Assembly (NCBI GenBank): GCA_047608975.1
Contig: JBLFYM010000001.1
Coordinates: 66,816-130,815, forward strand
Source of the DNA: Limisphaerales bacterium
GTDB lineage: Bacteria; Verrucomicrobiota; Verrucomicrobiia; Limisphaerales; JAYPXF01
Length of the DNA stretch: 64,000 nucleotides
Reading direction: 5' to 3'
Shown here: piece by piece, positions 37,860-47,094 of the stretch
Layout: every line of letters begins with the position of its first letter
Position numbering within the stretch: the first letter of the stretch is position 1
The notes under the pieces: model-generated
Databases searched by the model: none
Seen by the model: the letters and a program-made list of their open reading frames with translations, nothing else
Told to the model about the DNA's origin: nothing
Program-made: the position numbers and the translations under genes

Positions 37860-38270
37860 TCACAGCGGAGTCAGCTTGATCGTCGTGTTACCCAGCACGG
37901 TATGGCAGGATGTGCACTGTGCCTGAAGGCCTTTGAATCCCGCTGCGAGTGCCTTGCTGTCTCTGGCTTCAATCGATTTCTCCAGCTGCGCAATCGGCCC
38001 GGCCTTCAACACGGCCAGGAGCGGGAGCAGATCCAACTTTTCTCCGTTGGCCGCTTTGCGGGTGGTCCGGGAGTTGATCGCCGTCTCAACCTCGGTTGTC
38101 ATGCTGCGCAGCGACGCGAGCGCGGTCGCCCAGTCGCCGGCCAGGCTGGCCTTGGACGCAGCGGCGAGAGCAAGATCAGCGAGGCGCATGTGTTTGCGGG
38201 TCTTGGTGGTGCAGCCGGTCAACAGCAGCACACCGGCGAGACAGACGACACAGATGGCGTGTTTGTACAT
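37860..38270 (-). CDS. class II c-type cytochrome (cytochrome c-prime-like) lipoprotein
   Basis: ORF 37860..38309. ATG 38270 gives MYKHAICVVCLAGVLLLTGC (lipobox). The body is helical, with a single CxxCH (CTSCH) 17 residues from the C-terminus, as in four-helix-bundle class II cytochromes c. Confidence 0.6.
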   Translation of the reverse strand: MYKHAICVVCLAGVLLLTGCTTKTRKHMRLADLALAAASKASLAGDWATALASLRSMTTEVETAINSRTTRKAANGEKLDLLPLLAVLKAGPIAQLEKSIEARDSKALAAGFKGLQAQCTSCHTVLGNTTIKLTPL

Positions 38271-38346
38271 TGAAAAAAGATGTCGGTCGGCTTTGACACC
38301 GACCGACACACAGTCGGACTAAAACGGTTGTGCGGGCAAGCGGAGC

Positions 38347-39672
38347 TTACACTGCCGAGACACGGTAGCCCTTGCGATACTTCCGCGTCAGATGCTTGTT
38401 GGCCGCGGGCTGATTCGTGATCTTCAGCTTCTTGGCATCAAATTTCAGCGTCTCCTTCGGGAAGAACGCAGCCACGTTCCCCAACTGAACAGCTTCCGTG
38501 AGGTGCCCGCCATACTCGAATCCGTCGCTCGGTTGTTTGCCGTTGAGGCATCCATCAATCCAACCGTGGTAGTGATTGAGACCGGGTTCGGATTTGATTT
38601 CGAAATCCGGTTTGTTGACGAACGGAGTCGCAACATGCGGCACAAAAAGATTTCCGCCTTCACCCACCATGATCGAACCACCACGCGGCCACCGCTGTCC
38701 GGCGGCGAGCTTGGCAATACTGTCACTCGGGCGCCGGCCACCATCATACCAGGTGATCTTCAGCGTATCGCCCGCCGTGTATTGGGTGCCCGGCACGACG
38801 TATTCCAAAGTCTCCTGCGCCGGCCAGACTTCGTTGTTAATGCCGGAATGATCCGAGCGGACACTGATGGGATCACCGGTGATTTTCAGCGAGGTGTAAA
38901 CCGGATCCAACAGATGACAGCCAAAGTCACCAATCGCGCCGGAACCAAAATCCTGCCAATCGCGCCAGGCGAAGGGATGGTAGATGCGGTTGCCACCGTA
39001 AGGTCGCTCAGGCGCGACACTCAGCCATTGGTCCCAGTTCAATCCGGCCGGCTTCGGTTCGTTGTTGGTGGGGCGATCAAGCTGTCCACTGCGGCCATGA
39101 CCGGTGGTGCCCACCCAGGAATGAACCTCTCGAATCTTGCCGACGACACCATCCTGTATGAGCTTCACTGCAGTTTGATAAGCGCTGTGCGAGTGGATTT
39201 GATTTCCCATCCGCGTGATCACTCCGTGCTTCTTGGCGGCCAGACGCATCTGACGAGCTTCCCAAACGGTCCGGGTCAGGGGTTTCTGGCAGTAGACATG
39301 TTTTCCCCGAGCCATCGCATCCAGGCTGATGATCGCGTGCGTATGATCGGGGGTTGAAACGGTGACCGCGTCGATCTTGTCCCCCATCGAGTCCAGCATC
39401 TCGCGGTAATCCTGAAAGATCTTCGCCTTGGGATGCTTCTTACGCACCTTCGCCGTCCGGTCCAGGTCGACATCAGCAAACGCCACGGGATCGAGCTTCT
39501 TGTGACTCGTCATCTCAATGATGTCCGAGAAGCCTTTGCCGTCTGCCCCGATACCGGCATAAGCCAGCTTGGAGTTGAGGTTGCGCCCGCGAACGATCGC
39601 GGGGGCGGCTACGATTGCGGCCGCCGAGGTGGCCAGAAATGAACGACGGGAAGATTTTGGGACAGGTGACAT
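38347..39672 (-). CDS. Gfo/Idh/MocA family oxidoreductase with twin-arginine signal
   Basis: ORF 38347..39816, ATG 39672: MSPVPKSSRRSFLATSAAAIVAAPAIVRG. Rossmann region AYAGIGADGKG; the family motif is in the HVYCQKPL context. Confidence 0.85.
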   Translation of the reverse strand: MSPVPKSSRRSFLATSAAAIVAAPAIVRGRNLNSKLAYAGIGADGKGFSDIIEMTSHKKLDPVAFADVDLDRTAKVRKKHPKAKIFQDYREMLDSMGDKIDAVTVSTPDHTHAIISLDAMARGKHVYCQKPLTRTVWEARQMRLAAKKHGVITRMGNQIHSHSAYQTAVKLIQDGVVGKIREVHSWVGTTGHGRSGQLDRPTNNEPKPAGLNWDQWLSVAPERPYGGNRIYHPFAWRDWQDFGSGAIGDFGCHLLDPVYTSLKITGDPISVRSDHSGINNEVWPAQETLEYVVPGTQYTAGDTLKITWYDGGRRPSDSIAKLAAGQRWPRGGSIMVGEGGNLFVPHVATPFVNKPDFEIKSEPGLNHYHGWIDGCLNGKQPSDGFEYGGHLTEAVQLGNVAAFFPKETLKFDAKKLKITNQPAANKHLTRKYRKGYRVSAV

Positions 39673-39733
39673 GGGAGGGATAGTGGCCGACCGTTTCGTG
39701 GGATCAAGCCCTAGTTCACTCCTGATCTTAATC

Positions 39734-40339
39734 CTATTTGGAGCCTTTGGCCCGCTGCCGAACGAGTCCGAGCATCCGGCCGTTGAGTGGCTGGACAGGG
39801 CGATAGTTGTGATCATACAAGGCGCGGAACTTTTTGAGCTGCGCCTCAGAGATCGACAAGGGCTTTGGGTAGACGAACCAACGAAGACCTTCGGTTGCCG
39901 GCGGGGTCGTCAACGATCCTTGGTAGCTGAAAAGCGCAGAGTCTTTTGGCACCAGCGAAGAAACGTCCACCTGAGCCATCACATCCATTTTGTGTTTTCC
40001 GGGTTTGTCAGGCAGATGCCTGATGATCGGTTCCAGTTGCCCGTTCTTCTTTCCTTTCTGAAAGAATACCCCGCCGACCAACAGATGCTCGCGATCGTCC
40101 TTGTGAACGAGATGCATTTCCAGATCCCGATATTTTCCGTTGATCGTGTGCTCACTCAGGCTGTGAAAGTGGAACTGCACAAGGTGATACTCCCGCCCGT
40201 CATATTTCACGCTGCTCTGGGCATGGACAATCTCTTGGATGGTGTGCCCATTGTTCACCACATCGATAGTGTCAGATTTGTAAGAGACCTTCAGCGGCAC
40301 ACCTCGCGACCTGATCGCCACTCCCGGCCAAGGCAACAC
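39734..40339 (-). CDS. alpha-carbonic anhydrase, N-terminally truncated (possible pseudogene)
   Basis: The C-terminal 200 aa of ORF 39734..40996 are alpha-CA: VVNNGHTIQ, YHLVQFHFHSLSEHTINGKYRDLEMHLVH, YQGSLTTPP, NYRPVQPLNGR. Homology fades by about 40366 (RLAACRGG). No ATG or signal peptide is available, because the divergent sulfatase gene starts at 40385. The first in-frame GTG is at 40339. Confidence 0.6.
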   Translation of the reverse strand: MLPWPGVAIRSRGVPLKVSYKSDTIDVVNNGHTIQEIVHAQSSVKYDGREYHLVQFHFHSLSEHTINGKYRDLEMHLVHKDDREHLLVGGVFFQKGKKNGQLEPIIRHLPDKPGKHKMDVMAQVDVSSLVPKDSALFSYQGSLTTPPATEGLRWFVYPKPLSISEAQLKKFRALYDHNYRPVQPLNGRMLGLVRQRAKGSK

Positions 40340-40384
40340 TCCACCTCGACAAGCCGCCAGACGATACCGCAACCTGACCGAGCA

Positions 40385-42517
40385 ATGAAAAAGCACTTTC
40401 TCGTCTTTGCCACGATGGCGTTCCTCAACGTCCCGCTCATGGCGGCGCTCAAGCTGAGCGTGGCCGGTGATTCGGAACAGTTGCCCCAACTCAGCAGGAC
40501 CGGTGGCTGGACCAAGGTGTCCAGCGGGAATGACAAAGGTCAGACAATTGAGCTGAACGAGTCCGGCAATCTTCAGGGGATTCTTTTGCAGCTGGGCGCG
40601 GTTGATACCGCGAAAGATCTGACCGTGTCGATTCTCGGTACGGCCGGCGGATTTCCAACCGGCAAGCCCTTCTTCTCGGACACCGGAGATTTGCCGCCGG
40701 AAATCCGGGAGGGAGAATCGCTCACGGTGGAATTTCAATCCGCCTTGCCGTTGGAGCCAGGGACCTATGCCATCGTCGTGTCCTCTCAAGGTTCCAACCT
40801 CAAGTTGCGCATGAGCAGCGCCAATGGATATCCCGCGGGACGGGCCATCCGAAAGAACGCCAGTTCGAAAGGGAAATGGACCGGTGCGGGAGGCGCGGGC
40901 AGTGATCTGATCTTCCGATTGTTGGGTAGTGTTGAAGGAACAAGTATTCAGGCTTCCGGCTACTCTGCAGTTCCCACAATTGAATTGCTGAAACACAAAA
41001 ACCCCGCCTTCAAACCGTCGCAGCTATCGGATCTGAAACGCCAACCCAACATCGTCACGATCATGGTGGATGATCTGGGCTGGAACCAACTCGGGGTCAC
41101 GCAGTCCACGATGGGAACCAACCCCAAGATCTACCAGACGCCGAATCTGGCCAAGCTTGCGACCGGTGGGCTCAGCTTCACCCATGCTTACACCCAACCG
41201 AATTGCGCCCCGACGCGGGCAGCGATGCTCTCCGGGCAATACCCCGCGCGAATTCACAACGACGTTTACATTGTGGGTAATCTCAATCGCAATGGAGGTG
41301 GCGGTATCTCCCGGAAGAACGCGAAGTTCCTCGGTCCGGAACAGACGGAGAACGTGGCGGCGGAAGCGATCACAGTTGCCGAGGCACTCCGGGAAAACGG
41401 GTATGCGACGGCCCACATCGGCAAATACCATGTCGGTGGCCACGGCGGTGACGAAACTCTGCCCGAGAATGTTGGCTTCGATGTCAACATCGGTGGTTTC
41501 AGCCAAGGGCATCAACCGGTTTGTTTCGCCCGGATGAAGGACGGTGAATGGGAATTCAGCAAACTCGGTCGCGGAGATTTTGATCGTTTCGGTGCCCCTT
41601 ATACCGAGGCCTATCTGAAGAAATACAATTTCCCCAGGTCGCTGCTCAATACGCCGAAGCATGTCAGCGATGCGTTGTCCGATGCCATGGAGGAAACGTT
41701 GCGGTCTTTCGCCAAGGGCAAGAAGCCATTCTATCTTCAACTCCATCCCTACGCTGTGCACGGGCCGGTAAAGTCGCGACCGGATCTGAAAGCGGCCGCT
41801 GGTGGTGACGAACTCGCGGGTTTCGTAAGCAGCATCGACCTGACTCTCGGCCGCCTTCAGCAGGTGATCGCCGATCCCAACGGCGATGGCGACACCCGTG
41901 ACAGCCTCGTCGATAACACCCTGATCCTCTTCACCTCGGACAACGGCGGCACGCACAAGGACAACCTCCCGCTGCGAGGCAAGAAAGGCATGTTCACCGA
42001 GGGCGGCGTGCGGGTGCCCCTGATTGCGTATTGGCCGGGAGTGATTCCCGCCAACACCGTGACGGATCACATGGTGCATTCCGTTGATTATTACCCGACC
42101 TATCTGAAACTGGCCGGCGACCGTTGGACTCCACCTGCTTCCGGACATCCACTCGACGGCGAATCGTTTGCCGATGTTCTGCTCGATCCAAACCTCAAAC
42201 GCAGCCGCGATCCTATCTTCTATCTGTTTCCCGGCTACATGGACGTCCGCGCCCAGCCTTGTGTCGTCGTCATCGACGAGGTTAAAGGCCAGCGCCACAA
42301 ACTTCTTTACTTCTATGAAGCGGACGGCTGGGAACTCTACAACCTGAGTGAAGACATCGGGGAGAAATCCAACCTCATCAGCAGCGAGCCCGCCATCGCC
42401 GCGGCCCTTTCCAAGAAGATCCGCACCTGGCTTACCCAACAACACCCAACCTGGAAACCAAAGTATCCTTTGAACAAGGAAAGTGGTGAACCAGCCGGCC
42501 CGCCTCCGGTATTGTGA
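40385..42517 (+). CDS. sulfatase (formylglycine-dependent) with about 215-aa N-terminal domain of unknown type
   Basis: The true start is inside ORF 39569..42517: ATG 40385 gives the signal MKKHFLVFATMAFLNVPLMAA. Sulfatase core: PNIVTIMVDDLGWNQLG, CAPTRAAMLSGQYP (CxPxR), GKYHVGG, FTSDNGG. Confidence 0.9.
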   Translation: MKKHFLVFATMAFLNVPLMAALKLSVAGDSEQLPQLSRTGGWTKVSSGNDKGQTIELNESGNLQGILLQLGAVDTAKDLTVSILGTAGGFPTGKPFFSDTGDLPPEIREGESLTVEFQSALPLEPGTYAIVVSSQGSNLKLRMSSANGYPAGRAIRKNASSKGKWTGAGGAGSDLIFRLLGSVEGTSIQASGYSAVPTIELLKHKNPAFKPSQLSDLKRQPNIVTIMVDDLGWNQLGVTQSTMGTNPKIYQTPNLAKLATGGLSFTHAYTQPNCAPTRAAMLSGQYPARIHNDVYIVGNLNRNGGGGISRKNAKFLGPEQTENVAAEAITVAEALRENGYATAHIGKYHVGGHGGDETLPENVGFDVNIGGFSQGHQPVCFARMKDGEWEFSKLGRGDFDRFGAPYTEAYLKKYNFPRSLLNTPKHVSDALSDAMEETLRSFAKGKKPFYLQLHPYAVHGPVKSRPDLKAAAGGDELAGFVSSIDLTLGRLQQVIADPNGDGDTRDSLVDNTLILFTSDNGGTHKDNLPLRGKKGMFTEGGVRVPLIAYWPGVIPANTVTDHMVHSVDYYPTYLKLAGDRWTPPASGHPLDGESFADVLLDPNLKRSRDPIFYLFPGYMDVRAQPCVVVIDEVKGQRHKLLYFYEADGWELYNLSEDIGEKSNLISSEPAIAAALSKKIRTWLTQQHPTWKPKYPLNKESGEPAGPPPVL

Positions 42518-42670
42518 TCACCCATCCGAAAGTGCCTTGCCGTTTCCCGGCGCGATATCCAATTGCCTCGTAACGGCTTGGTGTCCTTCGTGGTCTGTCG
42601 CCTTGGTACGGCGTGGCACAGACTTCAAAATCCTTGCCGGAATTCTTCGGATGCGAACAATGCACCGCAC

Positions 42671-45600
42671 ATGAAACGCATCAGAGGCATTCTGGCACTG
42701 ACCCTATGTTTTCTGTCTGCATCCGGTTTTGCCGCCGCGCCCGCCAAGCTGAAGGCTCTGCTCGTGGCCGGGGGGTGTTGTCACGATTACAAAGGGCAGT
42801 ACAAGGTTCTTTCCGAAGGCATCCAAGCCCGCGCCAACGTGCAGGTGGATGTCTGGTGGACGGATGACCGGAGCACCAACCCGCCGCTCGACCTCTACGA
42901 CAATCCCGACTGGGCCAAAGGCTACGACGTGATCATTCACGACGAATGTGCCGCGGGTAACAAGGACCTGGAGGTCTTTCAGCGAATCCTCGACGCCCAC
43001 AAGACCATTCCCGCCATTCATCTGCATTGCGCGATGCACAGCTTTCGGAATGGCACGGACGGGTGGTTTAAGCACCTCGGTCTGCAGTCATCCAGTCACG
43101 GTCCCCAGGCCCCTATCGAGGTGAAGTTCAGCAAGAGCGCGCATCCCATCACCGCCACCCTCAAGGACTGGACCACGATCCGCGAAGAACTCTACAATAA
43201 CCTCAAAACCTTCGGCATCACCCCGCTTGCGACCGGTAAGCAGGTCATCAAACGCAAGGGCAAGGAACAGGTCGTGGAGCACATCGTCGTTTGGACGAAC
43301 GAGAAGCATGGTGCCCGCAGCTTCAGCACCACCTTGGGGCACAACACCGAGACCGTCGCCGATCCGCGCTACCTCGAACTCGTTACCCGCGGTCTGCTTT
43401 GGGCCTGTGACCAGTTGGACCCCTCTGTTCTAGGCAAGCCTTACCAGGGTGAAAACAAGATCACCTTCGTCAAAGCCAAACCCCAGAAGGCGAAGCCCGC
43501 TCCGAAGGACGCCACGCTGGTAACCGTGACCGCCAGTAGTGTCCAGGGTGGTCGCGATCCGTGGATGGCCATCGATGGCAACAAGAAAACCCGTTGGTGC
43601 GCCGCCAACAGCAGCAAGCCGCAATCGCTACAACTCGAGTTCGACAAGCCGCAGGAACTCACCGGCGTGAACATCAACTGGGAGAGCCAGACTACCACTT
43701 ACGGCTACAAACTTGAGAGTTCCCTCGACGGTGAAAAATGGAATCTTGTGCACGACGCCACCGGCAACCGGGAACCGGGGGATACTTCCGACAAATTCCC
43801 CGCCGCCAAACTCAAGTTCCTCCGTGTCACCGGCACGAGCGCTGGCAGTTGGATCAGCCTTTGGGAACTCACCGTCCAAGGCAAAGGTATCAAATCCCTC
43901 TACCCGAAACTCGACCAGAAGACCGCCGCCAAACTCAAGACCGCTGCTAACGATCCACTCAAAGCCGGCGGCAACATCAAGCCCCAGATCGTCAAACTCA
44001 CGGCGGCAGAAGAAGCTGCAATTTTGAAGGACGTCAAAGTTCCCGAGGGATTCGAAGCCACACTTTTCGCCCCGTCACAAACCGCGAACTACCCGGTCTA
44101 TGTCGCTGCATCCCCCGGCGGCGATCTCTACGTCTCCAGCGACGGCAATGGTTCACTGGGCCGCAATCCCAATCGTGGTCGCATCCTCCGCCTCCGCGAT
44201 AATGACGGTGATGGTCGCGCTGACGAAGTGACCGAATTTGTAAAGAACATCGATTCGCCGCGCGGAATCATCTGGGATCACGACCGCCTCTACGTGCTGC
44301 ACCCACCGCACATCACTGTCTATTTCGATCGGGACGGGGACGGCATCGCCGAGAGTTCCAAACGTCTCATCCAGGGCATCGCCTTCGGCTTCGGCAATCG
44401 TCCGCCCGATCATACGACCAACGGACTCGAACTCGGCACCGACGGTTGGATCTACATCGCCGGTGGCGACTTCGGATTCATGGAAGCCCGCGGCACCGAC
44501 GGTCGCCGACTCCAACACCGGGGTGGGGGAGTCATCCGTTTTCGCCCTGACGGCACGGGTCTGGAAATCTTCGCGACCGGCACCCGCAACATCCTCGGCA
44601 CGCCCATGAGCCCGCTCCTCGACCTCTTCGCCCGCGACAACACCAACGACGGCGGCGGTTGGGACGTTCGCTTCCATCACTTCAGTGGACTCGAAGACCA
44701 TGGCTACCCGCGCCTCTACAAAAACTTCGCCAACGAACACATTCACCCGCTCGCCGACTACGGTGGCGGTTCCGGCTGTGGCAGCGTCTACATCCACGAA
44801 CCCGGATTCCCCACCGAATGGGCTCATGCCCCCTTTACCTGCGACTGGGGCCGCGCCGGACTCTTCCGCCACAGCGTCAAACGCCAAGGTGCCGGATTCA
44901 TCGAGACCGAAGCTCCGAAGACCTTCATCAAAGTGACCCGTCCCACCGACGCCGATGTGGACGGCATGAGCCGCGTCTACCAGGCCAGCTGGAAAGGCCC
45001 GGCCACCTTCAACTGGGCGGGACCTGACCACGGCTACATCACCCGCGTCACGCCGAAGGCCTTCAAGGCAAAGGCTCTCCCTGATTTCGACAAGCTCGAG
45101 GACGCTCAACTGATTCAGCTCCTTGAATCTCCCAGCCACATTCGCGCTCTCACGGCCCAGCGCACTCTGCTCCGTCGCGATGTTTCCGAGGTCACCACCA
45201 AATCGCTGATGGGATTGGCCAGCAACAAATCCAAAGAACTCCGCGCCCGCGTGGGAGCCCTCTACGCCATCACCCAACGCGGCATCGACAGCAGCCACAG
45301 TGAAAGCGTCATCAAGACCGTTTCCCCGCTCGCAAAAGACGCCACCATCCAACCTTTTCTACTGCGCGCCCTCGGCGACATGGGCATCGACCAATTGACC
45401 AAAGGCAAAACCGGTCCTGCCCCCGCTGATCTGTTGATCGCCGGAGCCAGGAGCAACGATCCCCGGACACGGGTCGAAGCCATCATCGCCGCTACGCGCC
45501 AGCAGAACCAAGCCGCAGCTGAGACCATTGCCCAAAGTCTCGGACACCCAGATCCGGTCATTGCCCACACCGCCTTCCGTGCCTTGACCAAACTGATCTC

Positions 45601-47077
45601 GCCCGGTCCCGCGTTGGCTATTCTCGACACCGCCGCCAGCTCGGAAGCCCAACGTGCCGGCGCATCGCACGCCCTCATGCGCATGCACAAGAAAGACGTT
45701 ATTGATGCCCTTATCAAACGCCTGCCCTCCGCTTCGAAAGAATCGCAGCCATTTATCCAGGCCGCTCTGTGCCGTCTCTATCACCGCGAAGCGGATTGGA
45801 CCGGCGACTCCTGGGGCACCCGCCCTGACACGCGCGGCCCCTACTACCAACTGGAAACTTGGGACGAATCTGCAAGCATCCTCAGTGCTCTCAAAACCGC
45901 TTTGGTCAAAGCCACGGCCGGTGAAGCTGCTCAGTTGATCACTGAGATGAACCGCAATCGCATCCACGACAATGACGCCCTCAACCGCATCATTCAGGTC
46001 GCGACTGATGACGACGCCCACGTCATCACCGCAGTCGCCCAACTCGCGGCGGCGAAAGACATCCCAGCCAAAGCTGTCCCCCTGCTCATCAAAGCTGCGC
46101 GCCGGGAAGACACCCCACCAATGGTTCTCTCGCAGACCATCGAATGTCTCAACAAGGTCAACCTCCCGGAGGCCCTCGCAGCAACCCTTTCTGCCCTTTC
46201 AGTTCTGGATCACGTCAAAGGCGCGGGCAAAGCACAGAGTGCCGCGCAAAATGCCTTTCTGAAGAATCGAAACCTCGACAACCAATACGCGGCCCTCGCC
46301 GAGCTTGCGGCCAAGGACACCGAATCCGGTGAAACGCGTTGGGCCCACGCCGGCCTGCTGGAACTCGCCTCTCGCAAAAACTCAGGCCCCGAGGCCAAAG
46401 CCCACGCCACCAAGGAAATTGACCTCGCCTGGCAGGACCCGGCCCGCCGCGTCCTCCTGATGAAACTCGCCGGAGACCTGAGGAACCATCATCTGGACGC
46501 CCGCATCGCCGCCGCCATGAACGACTTCGATCCCGATGTCGTCAAGGTAGCCAAAGCCGCCGCCAGGCGATTGAAAATCCAGCCCCCCGGTGCCGACAAA
46601 ACTCCCAAGTTGGAAACGCTGAAGCTCGAAGATGCGTTGGCTCAGGCCATCAAGTTGAAAGGTGACCCCGCCCTCGGCGAAGCCGTGTTCATGAAGGCCG
46701 CCTGCGCCTCCTGTCACACCGTCAGTCAAGACCAGCCGCTAAAAGGTCCCTACCTCGGGAATATCGCCAACACCTACCGTCGCAACGACCTCGCACTATC
46801 CATCCTCGATCCCAACAAAATCATCGCTCAAGGCTTCGCCACGCACTCCATCACGATGGCCAATGAATTCGAATATACCGGCTTCATCACCAAGGAAGCC
46901 GCCGACCAGATCACGCTCCGAGACGTCACCGCACGAGAACACATCCTGAGGAAATCTGAGATTGAACAACGGAAGACGCTGCCAAACTCCATCATGCCCC
47001 CCGGCCTGTTGAACGCCTTCTCCCTCAAAGAGTTCGCGAGTTTGCTAGACTATTTGGAAGGTCTTTCGAAGAATTGA
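42671..47077 (+). CDS. giant secreted multidomain protein: ThuA-like / F5-8 type C (discoidin) / beta-propeller dehydrogenase-like / HEAT repeats / C-terminal haem-binding (CxxCH) domain
   Basis: ORF 42563..47077. ATG 42671 gives MKRIRGILALTLCFLSASGFAAAP. ThuA-like: KALLVAGGCCHDY...IHLHCAMHSF. Discoidin-like: AIDGNKKTRWCA...LQLEFDKPQELTGVNINW. Pirellula/Verrucomicrobium-type dehydrogenase domain: VPEGFEATLFA...DGRADE. HEAT-like repeats follow. C-terminal GEAVFMKAACASCHTV. Confidence 0.85.
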   Translation: MKRIRGILALTLCFLSASGFAAAPAKLKALLVAGGCCHDYKGQYKVLSEGIQARANVQVDVWWTDDRSTNPPLDLYDNPDWAKGYDVIIHDECAAGNKDLEVFQRILDAHKTIPAIHLHCAMHSFRNGTDGWFKHLGLQSSSHGPQAPIEVKFSKSAHPITATLKDWTTIREELYNNLKTFGITPLATGKQVIKRKGKEQVVEHIVVWTNEKHGARSFSTTLGHNTETVADPRYLELVTRGLLWACDQLDPSVLGKPYQGENKITFVKAKPQKAKPAPKDATLVTVTASSVQGGRDPWMAIDGNKKTRWCAANSSKPQSLQLEFDKPQELTGVNINWESQTTTYGYKLESSLDGEKWNLVHDATGNREPGDTSDKFPAAKLKFLRVTGTSAGSWISLWELTVQGKGIKSLYPKLDQKTAAKLKTAANDPLKAGGNIKPQIVKLTAAEEAAILKDVKVPEGFEATLFAPSQTANYPVYVAASPGGDLYVSSDGNGSLGRNPNRGRILRLRDNDGDGRADEVTEFVKNIDSPRGIIWDHDRLYVLHPPHITVYFDRDGDGIAESSKRLIQGIAFGFGNRPPDHTTNGLELGTDGWIYIAGGDFGFMEARGTDGRRLQHRGGGVIRFRPDGTGLEIFATGTRNILGTPMSPLLDLFARDNTNDGGGWDVRFHHFSGLEDHGYPRLYKNFANEHIHPLADYGGGSGCGSVYIHEPGFPTEWAHAPFTCDWGRAGLFRHSVKRQGAGFIETEAPKTFIKVTRPTDADVDGMSRVYQASWKGPATFNWAGPDHGYITRVTPKAFKAKALPDFDKLEDAQLIQLLESPSHIRALTAQRTLLRRDVSEVTTKSLMGLASNKSKELRARVGALYAITQRGIDSSHSESVIKTVSPLAKDATIQPFLLRALGDMGIDQLTKGKTGPAPADLLIAGARSNDPRTRVEAIIAATRQQNQAAAETIAQSLGHPDPVIAHTAFRALTKLISPGPALAILDTAASSEAQRAGASHALMRMHKKDVIDALIKRLPSASKESQPFIQAALCRLYHREADWTGDSWGTRPDTRGPYYQLETWDESASILSALKTALVKATAGEAAQLITEMNRNRIHDNDALNRIIQVATDDDAHVITAVAQLAAAKDIPAKAVPLLIKAARREDTPPMVLSQTIECLNKVNLPEALAATLSALSVLDHVKGAGKAQSAAQNAFLKNRNLDNQYAALAELAAKDTESGETRWAHAGLLELASRKNSGPEAKAHATKEIDLAWQDPARRVLLMKLAGDLRNHHLDARIAAAMNDFDPDVVKVAKAAARRLKIQPPGADKTPKLETLKLEDALAQAIKLKGDPALGEAVFMKAACASCHTVSQDQPLKGPYLGNIANTYRRNDLALSILDPNKIIAQGFATHSITMANEFEYTGFITKEAADQITLRDVTAREHILRKSEIEQRKTLPNSIMPPGLLNAFSLKEFASLLDYLEGLSKN

Positions 47078-47094
47078 GCCGAAGACTTTTCGAC

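Noticed and set aside
39734-40996. 420-aa minus-strand ORF taken as a full-length protein
   Set aside because: Only the C-terminal 200-210 residues are alpha-CA-like. The upstream 210 residues are Arg/Gly-rich, antisense to the sulfatase N-terminal domain, and lack any signal peptide.
39569-42517. 982-aa plus-strand ORF, the longest reading through this locus
   Set aside because: Only the part from ATG 40385 (a good signal peptide followed by a sulfatase) looks real. The first 272 codons are antisense to the Gfo/Idh/MocA start region and to the alpha-carbonic anhydrase, and they have no protein-like features.
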